From: Longimicrobiales bacterium
GTDB taxonomy: Bacteria; Gemmatimonadota; Gemmatimonadetes; Longimicrobiales; RSA9
NCBI GenBank assembly: GCA_046483065.1
Contig: JAWODW010000103.1
Coordinates: 13,964-77,963 of the forward strand
DNA: 64,000 bases
Direction: 5' to 3'
Notes under the pieces: generated by a model
Told to the model about the DNA's origin: nothing
Databases searched by the model: none
The model's input: only the letters and a program-made list of their open reading frames with translations
Program-made: the position numbers and the translations under genes
Shown: one piece after another, positions 30,808-40,382 of the stretch
Numbering within the stretch: the stretch's first letter is position 1
How the letters are laid out: the number at the start of each line of letters is the position of its first letter

Positions 30808-30836
30808 GGGGACGCACTCGGGAAGGGGGCCGGCGG

Positions 30837-31235
30837 TCAGGCCGGCTCGATCCGGAGCTGCCCGTCCGGTGTCTCCGCCTTCGGCCGGGGCCGGATGCGG
30901 TTCTGGTCATCTACGAAGACCAGCCGGGGCTCGAACCCCTCGAGCTCGCCCTCGCCGTACTCGGCATAAGACATGACGATCACCTTGTCGCCGGGCTGCA
31001 CGAGGCGGGCGGCGGCGCCGTTCAGCACCACGTCGCCGGACTCCTCCGCCCCGGTGATCACATACGTCTCGAAGCGGGCGCCGTTGGCGATGTTCACCAC
31101 GTGGACCCGCTCGTACTCGCGGATATCGGCCGCATCCATGAGGAGCGGGTCGAGCGTGATGCTGCCTTCGTAGGCCAGGTCCGCGTCGGTCACAGTGGCC
31201 CGATGGATCTTCGACTTGCACATGCTGCGTCGCAT
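30837..31235 (-). CDS. panD: Aspartate 1-decarboxylase
   Basis: KSKIHRATVT, the YEGSITLD cleavage site, NGARFETY and NGAAAR. Confidence 0.97.
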   Translation of the reverse strand: MRRSMCKSKIHRATVTDADLAYEGSITLDPLLMDAADIREYERVHVVNIANGARFETYVITGAEESGDVVLNGAAARLVQPGDKVIVMSYAEYGEGELEGFEPRLVFVDDQNRIRPRPKAETPDGQLRIEPA

Positions 31236-31245
31236 GGCGCCCCCT

Positions 31246-32124
31246 TTATGACTGCTGTCCCAATATCACATTGTCGATGAGCCGCGTGTCGCCCACCCGG
31301 GCGGCTACGGCCAGCACGGCGCCGGCCCGTGCCTCGTCGAGCTCGTCCAGTGTCTCAGGGTCTACCAGCTCGATGTACTCAGGTTCCACATCGGCGTCCC
31401 GCATGGTACCCCGCACCCGTGCTTTCAGCCGGTCGGCGTTGGTGACGCCCTCGTCCTCGAACACCGACCGGGCGGCGAACAGGCCTTGCGAGAGACTCCG
31501 GGCCCGCGCCCGCTCCGCCTCCGAGAGGTAGGCGTTGCGCGACGACAGCGCCAGCCCGTCCTGCTCCCGGACGATGGGCGCGGCCTCGACCCGCACCGGC
31601 ATATCCAGGTCCCGCACCATCTGCCGGATCAGCACCGCCTGCTGGTAGTCCTTCCGGCCGAACACAGCCACGTCCGGCTGCACCATGCCGAACAGCTTGG
31701 CCACCACGGTCAGTACGCCCTGGAAGTGCCCCGGTCGGGTGAGGCCGCACAGGCGTTCCGCCAGCGGGCCCGGCACCACCTTCACCACCGGTTCGCCGTC
31801 GGGGTACACCACCTCGGTGGCGGGCGCGTACACCAGGTCCACGCCCCGGGCCTCGGCCAGCTCGGCGTCGCGCTCCGGGTCCCGGGGATACTCCTCGAAG
31901 TCCTCTCCGGGACCGAACTGCGTGGGGTTCACGAAGTTCGACATGACCACGAAGTCGGTGCGCTCCCGGGCCCGGTCCACCAGCGAGAGGTGCCCTTCGT
32001 GGAGGTAGCCCATGGTCGGCACCAGGCCGATCACGTCCGCCACCCCGGGCATGGTCGCGCCGGCACGGCCCCGGGCCGCACTGACTTCACGACGCAAGTC
32101 GTCTACCGTACGAACGGTTTTCAC
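31246..32124 (-). CDS. panC: Pantoate--beta-alanine ligase
   Basis: Motifs VPTMGYLHEGH, FVNPTQF, RPGHFQGV, ALSSRN and RLIDN. Confidence 0.97.
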   Translation of the reverse strand: MKTVRTVDDLRREVSAARGRAGATMPGVADVIGLVPTMGYLHEGHLSLVDRARERTDFVVMSNFVNPTQFGPGEDFEEYPRDPERDAELAEARGVDLVYAPATEVVYPDGEPVVKVVPGPLAERLCGLTRPGHFQGVLTVVAKLFGMVQPDVAVFGRKDYQQAVLIRQMVRDLDMPVRVEAAPIVREQDGLALSSRNAYLSEAERARARSLSQGLFAARSVFEDEGVTNADRLKARVRGTMRDADVEPEYIELVDPETLDELDEARAGAVLAVAARVGDTRLIDNVILGQQS

Positions 32125-32942
32125 GCGTGGCTGTGTTCCGGGCCCGGATACTCGCGCGACCGGACCGCGTCCACGTACTCGGCCAGTCCCCGACGCGTCT
32201 CGCCCGCCAGGTCGGCGAACCTGCGCAGGAACTTCGGCGCGAACTCGTCGTTCAACCCGAGCATGTCATAGAGCACCAGCACCTGCCCGTCGCAGTCCAC
32301 GCCGGCGCCGATCCCGATGGTCGGGACCGGCAGCGCCTCGGTGACCTCCTTCGCCAGTCCAGCCGGGACCAGCTCCAGCACCACGGCGAAGCACCCGGCC
32401 TCCGCCAGGCGGTCGGCCTCGTCCCGGATCCGTCGGGCGTTCTCGTCCTCCCGGCCCTGGACCCGGTAGCCGCCCAGGGCGTGGACGGACTGAGGGGTCA
32501 GGCCGATGTGCCCCATGACCGGGATCCCGGCGTCGACCACGGCCCGGACGTGCCGGCACCGCTCCTCGGAGCCGCCCTCGAGCTTGACCGCCTCGGCGCC
32601 GGTCTCGGCCAGTACCCGACCGGCGTTCCGGACCGTCTCCCGGGGATCCACGTGGAAGCTCATGAACGGCATGTCGATGACCAGCAGCGCCCGCTCCACA
32701 CCCCGCCGGACGGCGGAGCCATGGCGGATCATGTCATCGAGGGTCACGGTCAGCGTCGACTCCAGCCCGAGGACCACCTGACCGAGAGAGTCGCCCACCA
32801 GGACCACGTCCGCGCCCGCGCCGTCCACGAGGCGCGCGAACAGGTAGTCATAGGCGGTCAGCGCCACGATGGGCTCGCCGCGCTGTTTCATGTCCAGGAG
32901 ATCCCGGACGGTGGTTCGCCTTCGGTTCGAGCCGGTGCTCAT
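32121..32942 (-). CDS. panB: 3-methyl-2-oxobutanoate hydroxymethyltransferase
   Basis: Motifs LTAYD, LVGDSLG, DMPF, VKLEGG, GHIGLTPQ and IGIGAG..CDGQVLV. Confidence 0.97.
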   Translation of the reverse strand: MSTGSNRRRTTVRDLLDMKQRGEPIVALTAYDYLFARLVDGAGADVVLVGDSLGQVVLGLESTLTVTLDDMIRHGSAVRRGVERALLVIDMPFMSFHVDPRETVRNAGRVLAETGAEAVKLEGGSEERCRHVRAVVDAGIPVMGHIGLTPQSVHALGGYRVQGREDENARRIRDEADRLAEAGCFAVVLELVPAGLAKEVTEALPVPTIGIGAGVDCDGQVLVLYDMLGLNDEFAPKFLRRFADLAGETRRGLAEYVDAVRSREYPGPEHSHA

Positions 32943-32986
32943 GGGTTGGCCTGCCACGCTTGGCTGGGGTGTTCTACGCCGGGTCG

Positions 32987-33070
32987 AAGCTAGATTCGCC
33001 CTCGCACCCTGTCAAACCTGTGGGCGGCGGCGGGCCGGACGTTGACGCTGTCCCCCGCCTGCGGCACCTT
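32987..33070. promoter_or_regulatory. Back-to-back sigma70 promoters of panB and rqcH
   Basis: Minus strand: TTGACA(33015-33010)-17-TAGCTT. Plus strand: TTGACG(33042)-17-CACCTT-6 nt-GTG. Confidence 0.65.
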
Positions 33071-33076
33071 CCACCC

Positions 33077-34774
33077 GTGTCGACCCCCATTACGTACGAC
33101 TCGCTGCTCGTTCACTATCTGGCCCGGGAGCTGGAAGGCCGCCTCTCGGCCCGTCGACTCCGCCGCGTCCGGTTCGACTCCGAGCACCGCCGCTTCACCC
33201 TGGAGCTCCGCCACGAGCGCCTGGTCTGGGAGCTCCACCCCACCCGGGGCTGGATCCGGGTCATCAAGGACGAGGACGACGACGAGACCGCCGACCTCCC
33301 GACGGAGGCCGCCGAGGGCTTCGGCGGCCGCAGGATCCGCACCCAGCGCCGCCCGCGAGTGCGCCGGATCACGGCCCCCCTCGATGACCGGGTCCTGGAG
33401 ATCGAGATCGACGCCGGCGGCGCCGACCGGGCCTCCCGCTTCGTGGTGGAGCTCATGACGAACCAGTGGAACGTGCTGGCTCTCGCGCCGGACGGCCGGA
33501 TCCTTTCAGCGCTCTGGACCCGGGACGCCGGCGGCCGGGCGCTGGAGGCCGGTGAGGTCTACAGGCCACCGGGCGGGTTCGAGCCCCGCGAAGGGATCGA
33601 CGAGCCCATCACGCGCGATCGCTGGCTGGAGATCCTCGCCGATGTCGACCCCGACGACCGCCCCAGGACCCTCGTCCGCTCCGTGGCGTGGACGAGTCCG
33701 CTCAACGCGGGCCCGATCCTCGACGGTGGCGGCAGCTCCGGCGCGCCGGAGCCCGAGGACGCCGCAGAAGCGCTGGAGGCGGCATGGCTCCGGTACCGGG
33801 AGCTGGCGTCCCGCCCGGAGCCCCACCCCCAGCTCCTGGAGCATGATGGCGGCGTCCCCTACCCCCTGCCCCTCCCGGGCATCACCGGCCGTCCCGTCAT
33901 GTCGCTGCTGGCCGCTTTCGACGAGGCCGCCACGGCCGACCCGCTGGCGCCCGAGGTCCGGGCCGCCCTCGAGGACCGGCTCGAGCGCGTCAGCCGGAAG
34001 GCGGAGCGGCTCCGGGAGGAGGCCGAGAAGGCCCCCGAGCGGGCCCGGCGGCTCCGGTCCCGCGCGGACCTCCTCATGGCCCGGCTCCACGAGGTCGAGA
34101 AAGGGACGGAGTCCGTGGATCTCCCCGACTTCGAGGGCGGCACCGTCACGTTCGAGCTCGACCCCGCTCTCTCCCCCGTCCAGAACGCCGAGAGGATGTA
34201 CGACCAGGCCGGCCGACGGGAACGAGCCGCCGAGCAGCTCCCGGCCCGGGTGCGCGAGGCCGTGGCGGAACGTCACCGCCTCGAGGGCCTTCTCGACGCC
34301 CTCGATGACGACGACGTCGACCCCGACGAGCTCGCCCGCTGGATCGAGGAGCTCCGCCCCGAGTCCGGCGATGCCGGCGGCGACAGCGACCGCCGACCCT
34401 ACCGCCGGTTCCGCAGCAGCGGCGGCTTCGAGATCCGGGTCGGTCGGAGCGGCAAGGCCAACGACGAGCTCACATTCCACCATTCGGCCCCCGATGACAT
34501 CTGGCTCCACGCCCGTGACGTGGCGGGCGCACACGTCATCCTCCGCTGGCCCGACCGGGAGCAGAACCCGCCCAAGCGGGACCTGCTCGAGGCCGCCATC
34601 CTGGCGGCCGTACACTCCAAGGCCCGCACCTCCGGCACCGTCCCCGTGGACTGGACCCGCCGCAAGTACGTCCGGAGCCCCCGAAAGGCGCCGCCGGGCA
34701 CCGTCATCCCGGATCGCGTCTCGACGGTGTTCGTGGAGCCCGACGAGGAGGTGGTGGCGAGGCTCGCCGAGTAG
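33077..34774 (+). CDS. rqcH: NFACT-family ribosome quality control protein (RqcH/FbpA-like)
   Basis: DR motif (LDDRVL), ELM, a coiled coil, LDPALSPVQNA, and NFACT-R motifs VGRSGKANDELT, WLHARDVAGAHV, VPVDWT and APPG. Confidence 0.88.
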   Translation: MSTPITYDSLLVHYLARELEGRLSARRLRRVRFDSEHRRFTLELRHERLVWELHPTRGWIRVIKDEDDDETADLPTEAAEGFGGRRIRTQRRPRVRRITAPLDDRVLEIEIDAGGADRASRFVVELMTNQWNVLALAPDGRILSALWTRDAGGRALEAGEVYRPPGGFEPREGIDEPITRDRWLEILADVDPDDRPRTLVRSVAWTSPLNAGPILDGGGSSGAPEPEDAAEALEAAWLRYRELASRPEPHPQLLEHDGGVPYPLPLPGITGRPVMSLLAAFDEAATADPLAPEVRAALEDRLERVSRKAERLREEAEKAPERARRLRSRADLLMARLHEVEKGTESVDLPDFEGGTVTFELDPALSPVQNAERMYDQAGRRERAAEQLPARVREAVAERHRLEGLLDALDDDDVDPDELARWIEELRPESGDAGGDSDRRPYRRFRSSGGFEIRVGRSGKANDELTFHHSAPDDIWLHARDVAGAHVILRWPDREQNPPKRDLLEAAILAAVHSKARTSGTVPVDWTRRKYVRSPRKAPPGTVIPDRVSTVFVEPDEEVVARLAE

Positions 34775-34778
34775 GGGG

Positions 34779-35175
34779 CTCGCCCTCCGGGCTCGCAACC
34801 GGCGGCGCGATGCGCGTCCCTGCGACATTCGAAGGCGACCCCGGCGCGCCGCAACAGGCCCGGGGAACGGCGGGCACGCTCTTCGTCGGAGGGTGGACCC
34901 CGGGCAACACGCGGCCTGCAGCCGCAACACGCCCGGCCTGGGCGGCCAGGCAGCGGCTCGCGGCTGCGCCGCTCGCAGGAACAGCCAACGCTCGTAAGTC
35001 GGGCTGGACGGTCGAGCCGGATGGTGACCGAGGGGAGCCCAGGCGAGGCCCGCACGGCCGAGCCGTTGCGAGCCGAAGGCAAGCGTGTTGCGAGCCGCAG
35101 GCGAGCCCTTTTGCGACCGAAGGGAGCCTGTTGCCGGCGCCGAGCGCCGGCCTGTTGCGCCGCGCAGCGGCGCCC
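34779..35175. repeat. Bipartite REP-like array: GCAACA(C/G)G units followed by inverted C(C/G)TGTTGC units with mini-hairpin spacers
   Basis: GCAAC cores at about 34795, 34851, 34904 and 34924. Reverse-complement cores at about 35062, 35083, 35106 (degenerate, TTTGC), 35126 and 35150, separated by GCC-GAA/GCA-GGC hairpins. Confidence 0.8.
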
Positions 35176-35985
35176 CTACAGCCCGTCCAGCGCCTCTCGC
35201 AACCCCGCTACGAACACCGCTGCGCTGTCGACGCCACCTTCCAGGATGGCTTCGATCAACGCACTGCCCACCACCACACCGTCGGCGATCCGACCCACGG
35301 CCGCGGCCTGGTCGGGCGAGCTGATCCCGAACCCGACGACGACGGGTATCGACGCGGCGGCCGCCAGCTCCCCGACCTCCTCCTCGAGCTCCGCCCGCAG
35401 CTCGGCGCGGCCACCGGTCACGCCCGTGCGCGAGATATAGTAGAGGAAGCCCTGGGCCCGGGCGGCGATCTCCCGGGCGCGGGCCGGGGGCGTGGTGGGA
35501 GCGATGAGGCGGACCAGCGCCGGCGGCGCGTCCTCGAACTTCGCCTCCAGCTCGGGGTCCTCGCCCAGTGGGAGGTCGGTGAGCAGGACGCCGTCGGCAC
35601 CTGCTTCATGGGCGGCCTCCAGGAACGCGTCGACCCCGTACCGGAACACCGGGTTCAGGTACGTGAAGACGACGACGGGCGTGGCGGGGTCGTCGCGCCG
35701 GAACGCTCGCAACGCGTCCAGCGTGCTCGCCAGCGATGCGCCGCCCTCCAGCGAGACCTGGGAGCTGTCCTGGATGGTCGGCCCGTCGGCCAGGGGGTCG
35801 CTGAACGGGACGCCCAGCTCGATGACGTCGGCGCCGACCCGGGCGATGGCGGCCATCAGCGACGGGGTGTCCGCTGCCCTCGGGAACCCGGCCGTCAGGT
35901 ACGGGACCAGGAGCCGCCCGCCACCTTCCAGACGCTCGGTCAGGCGCCGGGCCAGCCGGCTGTCAGACAAAATAGGCACCGACAT
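35176..35985 (-). CDS. trpA: Tryptophan synthase alpha chain
   Basis: Motifs PYLTAG, IELGVPFSDPLADGPTIQ, SRTGVTG, VGFGIS and VVGSA. Confidence 0.97.
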   Translation of the reverse strand: MSVPILSDSRLARRLTERLEGGGRLLVPYLTAGFPRAADTPSLMAAIARVGADVIELGVPFSDPLADGPTIQDSSQVSLEGGASLASTLDALRAFRRDDPATPVVVFTYLNPVFRYGVDAFLEAAHEAGADGVLLTDLPLGEDPELEAKFEDAPPALVRLIAPTTPPARAREIAARAQGFLYYISRTGVTGGRAELRAELEEEVGELAAAASIPVVVGFGISSPDQAAAVGRIADGVVVGSALIEAILEGGVDSAAVFVAGLREALDGL

Positions 35986-37405
35986 CGATCCCGTACTTCT
36001 CCGGCCTCGTGGTCTTGATGATCCGCGGCGGCGGCATACCGTCCTCCAGGGCCTCGGCGCCCAGGTTCACCGTGACGGGCTCCGACAACGGTATCCCGTT
36101 GGCATCGTAGATGATCTTCACCACCGGCTGGTGCATCTTGGCCGGGTCCGGGTTCGGCGCCGTCACCACGGCCATCTCGTGGGTGTCCAGGATCGCGAGC
36201 GTGCCCACCGGGAAGATCCCGGTGACGTTGATGAGCGCCTTCACCAGGAGCGGGTCGTAGCCCCGCCTCTCGTTGTCACGCATCTCCTTGAGCGCTTCCT
36301 CGGGCCGCCACGGCACCGACTGGTACGAGCGGTTCGAGGTCGCGGCATCGAAGCCGTCGGCCACGGCGATGATCCGGCTGAAGAGCGTCGGCCGGCGAGG
36401 CCGCTTGTTCTGCGGATAGCCCGTGAGGTCGATCTTCATATGGTGCTCGTACGCCATGAGCATCGCCCGGAACGGCACCTCGCTGAACCCGTGCATGTTG
36501 AAGAGCGCCAGCAGCCCCTCGGTGGTGTGCTGCTGCATCTGCTTGAACTCCTCGTCCGTGAGGCCGCTCGGCTTGTTCGTGATCTCCTCATCGATCCGCA
36601 TCTTCCCGATGTCATGGAACAGACCGCCCAGCCCCAGCTCATAGAGCTGGAGCTTGGTCAGGCCGAGCTTCTGACCCAACACCACCGCGAAGATGCAGAC
36701 GTTCACGGAGTGGGTGAACGTATAGTCGTCGTAGTCCCGGAGCGCCGTCATCCCCATGATCGACGTCTCGTTGTTGAGGACCTGGTCCACGATGGACTGA
36801 ACGGCGCGCTTCACCCGCCGGGCGTTCACCGACTTCCCGAGGCGGGTGTCGCCCAGCACGTTCTTGGCGACCTCCACCGTCTGGAAATACGCCCGCTTCG
36901 CCCGCTCCTTCGACTGGCTGTCATCTTCGTCCAGCGCCGCGCTCTCCCGCTCGGGGCCGACCTCGATATGCTCGACCGGTGTGGCCCGCAGCCGCTCCAC
37001 GAAATCCTGGAACGGCTTCTCAGGGGTCGGTTTCTGCAGCAGCAGTGTGAGGAACGGCGGCCACTCGTGGCGTTCCAGACCCCCCTGGATCAGGACCGTC
37101 CCGATGCCATGCTTGTCCAGAGAGTTCGAGAGCATGGAGAAGGCGGCGTAGGTGGACAGGTCGAGACGGATCCTGACCTCGTTGATGAAGATGAAGTCGC
37201 CCACCAACCCCATCTCCACCTCGCCCTCCCGGTCCACCACCACCTTCGCGGCCTCATGCAGATCGTCCAACGCCTTCTGGACCGTCTGGTTCTCCAGCGG
37301 GAAGAGCTTCAGCCCCTGGAGGGCCGCATAGAGGGTCGAAAGCAGCTTCTGCCCCTGCTTCTGGAGCACCGCCGTGGAATCGACGTTCACCGTCTGGGAG
37401 CTCAT
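35963..37405 (-). CDS. HD-GYP domain cyclic-dinucleotide phosphodiesterase
   Basis: ATG 37405 overlaps the HEAT-gene stop. Motifs YTFTHSVNV, LFHDIGK, HTTEG, HHMKIDLTGYP and ADGFDAATSNRSY. Confidence 0.9.
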   Translation of the reverse strand: MSSQTVNVDSTAVLQKQGQKLLSTLYAALQGLKLFPLENQTVQKALDDLHEAAKVVVDREGEVEMGLVGDFIFINEVRIRLDLSTYAAFSMLSNSLDKHGIGTVLIQGGLERHEWPPFLTLLLQKPTPEKPFQDFVERLRATPVEHIEVGPERESAALDEDDSQSKERAKRAYFQTVEVAKNVLGDTRLGKSVNARRVKRAVQSIVDQVLNNETSIMGMTALRDYDDYTFTHSVNVCIFAVVLGQKLGLTKLQLYELGLGGLFHDIGKMRIDEEITNKPSGLTDEEFKQMQQHTTEGLLALFNMHGFSEVPFRAMLMAYEHHMKIDLTGYPQNKRPRRPTLFSRIIAVADGFDAATSNRSYQSVPWRPEEALKEMRDNERRGYDPLLVKALINVTGIFPVGTLAILDTHEMAVVTAPNPDPAKMHQPVVKIIYDANGIPLSEPVTVNLGAEALEDGMPPPRIIKTTRPEKYGIDVGAYFV

Positions 37406-39138
37406 GATGGGACCTCCCCATGTTCGTGCCTCAGCGCCCGAACGACCGCATTCTTCACCACCGGGTCCTCGTCGTCGCGGGCCTTCTCCAGCGCCCCGTC
37501 CGCTTCCGCTGTGCCCGCCTGACCGAGCCCGAGCGCTGCGCACGCCCGCATCTCCGTCGGATTCCGCCGGCCGAGGAACCCCTTCGAGTTCAGGATCTCG
37601 TCCAGCTCCCCCACCGCGGCGTTTCCGCCGATGGCGCCGTACGCCTCGAAGAACGCCATCTTCTCCGTCAGGTCGGCGTCCCGGATCCGTTTGCTGTGCA
37701 CGTGCTTCCGGAGCACGTCCCGGGCGGAGGCGAAGCGCACCGCGCCGAGCGCCTTCACCGCCTCGATCCGGACCTCCCGGTCGTCGTCATCCAGGGCGAT
37801 AGTCAGCGCCTGGAGCGCCGGCGTGAGACGTATGGACACCAACGAGCGGACCACCGCCATCCGGACCTCCCGGTCCCGGTGGCCCAGCGCTTCCTCGAGT
37901 CCATCCACCGCCTGGGCCAGACCGACGCGGCCGGCGACCCGGGCCGCGCCCGCCACCACTGCCGGCTCATCCGACCGCAGCAGCTCATTCACCTCGTCCG
38001 GGTAGCGCGTGGCCAGCCCGTCGATGGCCGAGCCCAGTCGCTTGGCGACCCCCGTGGTCTCCGACATCTCGGCGAACCGGATCAGGATCGGCATGGCGTC
38101 CGCCCGGAGCCGGGCGAAGAAGAGGTTGACGTCGTCGTCGTCCGGACTCACGGCGCCGTCCTCCAGCGCCTGGACGAACTGCTCCAAAACCTCCGGATCG
38201 CTCAACCGCTCGAACAGCTTCTCCACGCGCGCCCCGAGTGTGCTGTCGAACACATCCCCGTCCCCGTTGGCCATGTTGTCCAGCTCGTCCAGGACCCGGG
38301 CCGCCTCCTTCAGGTCGCCGCTGCTCAGCAGCAGCGGCACGAGCTGGTCCAGGATGTCCAGGATCTCGGCCTGCCGCTCCCGGTACTCCGGCTCCTCGAG
38401 CCGGTCGAAGAGCGCGTTCAGCACGTCCTTCCGGACGTCGCGCTCCATCTCGATCTCGACCTCCGTCTGCAGCGAGGCCATCTCGTTCTGGTCGAGGAAG
38501 TAGAGCGTTTCATCGAAGTCCTCCCGGCTCACCCCCTGGGCGGTGAGGGCGCCCGTGGCCCCGACGACCGTCTCGCCCTCGGCCTCCTCCTCACCCGCGG
38601 ACGTCAACTCGCCGCTCAGGCCGCTCGCCAGCGGCGTGGTCTCCTCCCGCCCTTCTTCCGGGATGCGCACGCCGTCCATGAGGAGATCGACGTAGCCGTA
38701 CTGGAGCGAGGCGAAATCCTCCTCCCAGAGCACGCTGATCAGATCGTCGGCATCGTCCTCGCGTCGGATCGCCCGGTTCACCGCGTTCAGGAACGGGCCC
38801 ACCTCCTCCTCGAACCCCGGCAGCAGCGTCAGGCTCCGGATCCCGTCCTTGTAGAACGCGAAGGCCAGGTTGTCGCGCCCCTTTCCCAGGGCGAAGGTCT
38901 TGCCCTCGTACCGGAACCCCTGCTCCGTGACCACGAGCTCCAGGGAGTGCCACTGCGTCCACAAGTGCTCCAACGCCTCGCGCAGCTCTTTCTGGAACCG
39001 CTGGAAGACCGGGTTGTTCTCGCGGTACATGACGAACGCCCGGAGCGTCTTGCCCATGGTCGACATGAGGGCCTCGACCTCCGCCACGGGGATGGCGGGC
39101 GGCTCCTGCTCCGGTGTGACCTGTGTCGAGTCTGTCAC
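37402..39138 (-). CDS. HEAT-repeat protein
   Basis: GTG 39138 follows a purine-rich SD. C-terminal HEAT/PBS-like repeats include HRDREVRMAVVRSL, DDDREVRIEAVKALG, MRACAALGLG and DEDPVVKNAV. Confidence 0.85.
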   Translation of the reverse strand: MTDSTQVTPEQEPPAIPVAEVEALMSTMGKTLRAFVMYRENNPVFQRFQKELREALEHLWTQWHSLELVVTEQGFRYEGKTFALGKGRDNLAFAFYKDGIRSLTLLPGFEEEVGPFLNAVNRAIRREDDADDLISVLWEEDFASLQYGYVDLLMDGVRIPEEGREETTPLASGLSGELTSAGEEEAEGETVVGATGALTAQGVSREDFDETLYFLDQNEMASLQTEVEIEMERDVRKDVLNALFDRLEEPEYRERQAEILDILDQLVPLLLSSGDLKEAARVLDELDNMANGDGDVFDSTLGARVEKLFERLSDPEVLEQFVQALEDGAVSPDDDDVNLFFARLRADAMPILIRFAEMSETTGVAKRLGSAIDGLATRYPDEVNELLRSDEPAVVAGAARVAGRVGLAQAVDGLEEALGHRDREVRMAVVRSLVSIRLTPALQALTIALDDDDREVRIEAVKALGAVRFASARDVLRKHVHSKRIRDADLTEKMAFFEAYGAIGGNAAVGELDEILNSKGFLGRRNPTEMRACAALGLGQAGTAEADGALEKARDDEDPVVKNAVVRALRHEHGEVPS

Positions 39139-39166
39139 CGTCCCCCACTTCCTTCCTGTGAGTGCG

Positions 39167-40369
39167 CTATCCCTCGAGCTCCGCCACCTGAGCCACATCC
39201 TTGTCGCCCCGGCCGCTCAAAGAGATCACCACCGGCCCGTCGGCACCGAGCGCCTCGCCCGCCGCCAGCACATGGGCCACCGCGTGCGCCGTCTCCAGCG
39301 CCGGGATGATCCCCTCCAGCCGTGCCAGCCGGTGGAACCCGTCCAGCGCCGCCGCGTCATCCACCGCCACGTATTCGGCCCGACCCGTGTCCCGGAGCCA
39401 CGAGTGCTCCGGGCCGACCCCCGGATAATCCAGTCCGGCCGATACCGAGTGGGCCGACGCCACCTGCCCACCATCATCCTGGAGCAGGTAGCTCAGCGAG
39501 CCGTGGAGCACGCCCGGCTGCCCGGCCCCCAGCGACGCCGAATGGCGACCGGAGGCCAACCCTTCACCGGCGGCCTCCACGCCGACCAGCCGAACCCGGG
39601 CGTCCGGTACGAACGCGTGAAATATGCCCATCGCGTTCGAGCCACCCCCGACGCATGCAACCACCGCACCGGGCAGCCGCCCGACGCGAGCTTGGACCTG
39701 CTCTCTCGTCTCTCGCCCGATGACGGACTGGAAGTCCCGGACCATGCGGGGGTACGGATCCGGTCCCACAACCGAGCCGATAATGTAATGCGTGTCACCG
39801 ACATTCGTCACCCAATCCCGGATCGCCTCGTTCGTGGCGTCCTTCAGCGTGCCCGTCCCCGACGCCACCGGCCGGACCTCCGCGCCCAACAGCTCCATCC
39901 GCACCACGTTCAGGTGCTGCCGACGCATGTCCTCCTCCCCCATGTATACGACGCAGTCGAGCCCGAAAAGGGCACACACCGTGGCCGTGGCCACCCCGTG
40001 CTGACCCGCACCCGTCTCTGCAATGATGCGGGCTTTCCCCATCCGGCGGGCCAGCAGAACCTGGCCCAGCGTATTGTTGATCTTGTGGGCACCGGTGTGG
40101 TTCAGGTCCTCCCGCTTCAACCACACGTCACAGCCCGCGGCCTCGCTGAGCCGCGTAGCGTGATAGAGAGGGGTGGGGCGGCCCACGTAGTCCCGCCAGA
40201 GACCGTCGAGCTCCTCGTGGAACCCGTCGTCATCGAGGGTGACGTCGTACGCCTCCGTCAGCTCGTTTAGCGCCGCGATCAGCGTCTCGGGGACGTACCG
40301 ACCCCCGTACTGACCGAAGCGTCCGCCCGTTTCCCCTGCGTCCACCGTTGCTCCTTCGTGTGCCTTCAT
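39167..40369 (-). CDS. trpB: Tryptophan synthase beta chain
   Basis: [15 protein letters not shown] (PLP Lys), [30 protein letters not shown] and LSGRGDKD. Confidence 0.98.
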   Translation of the reverse strand: MKAHEGATVDAGETGGRFGQYGGRYVPETLIAALNELTEAYDVTLDDDGFHEELDGLWRDYVGRPTPLYHATRLSEAAGCDVWLKREDLNHTGAHKINNTLGQVLLARRMGKARIIAETGAGQHGVATATVCALFGLDCVVYMGEEDMRRQHLNVVRMELLGAEVRPVASGTGTLKDATNEAIRDWVTNVGDTHYIIGSVVGPDPYPRMVRDFQSVIGRETREQVQARVGRLPGAVVACVGGGSNAMGIFHAFVPDARVRLVGVEAAGEGLASGRHSASLGAGQPGVLHGSLSYLLQDDGGQVASAHSVSAGLDYPGVGPEHSWLRDTGRAEYVAVDDAAALDGFHRLARLEGIIPALETAHAVAHVLAAGEALGADGPVVISLSGRGDKDVAQVAELEG

Positions 40370-40382
40370 GCGTCCTCGCTCC

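Noticed and set aside
34779-35175. CRISPR interpretation of the repeat arrays (also 43872-44170)
   Set aside because: The cores are only about 8-10 bp and degenerate, the spacers are 10-15 bp self-complementary hairpins, the two halves are inverted, and no cas genes are present.
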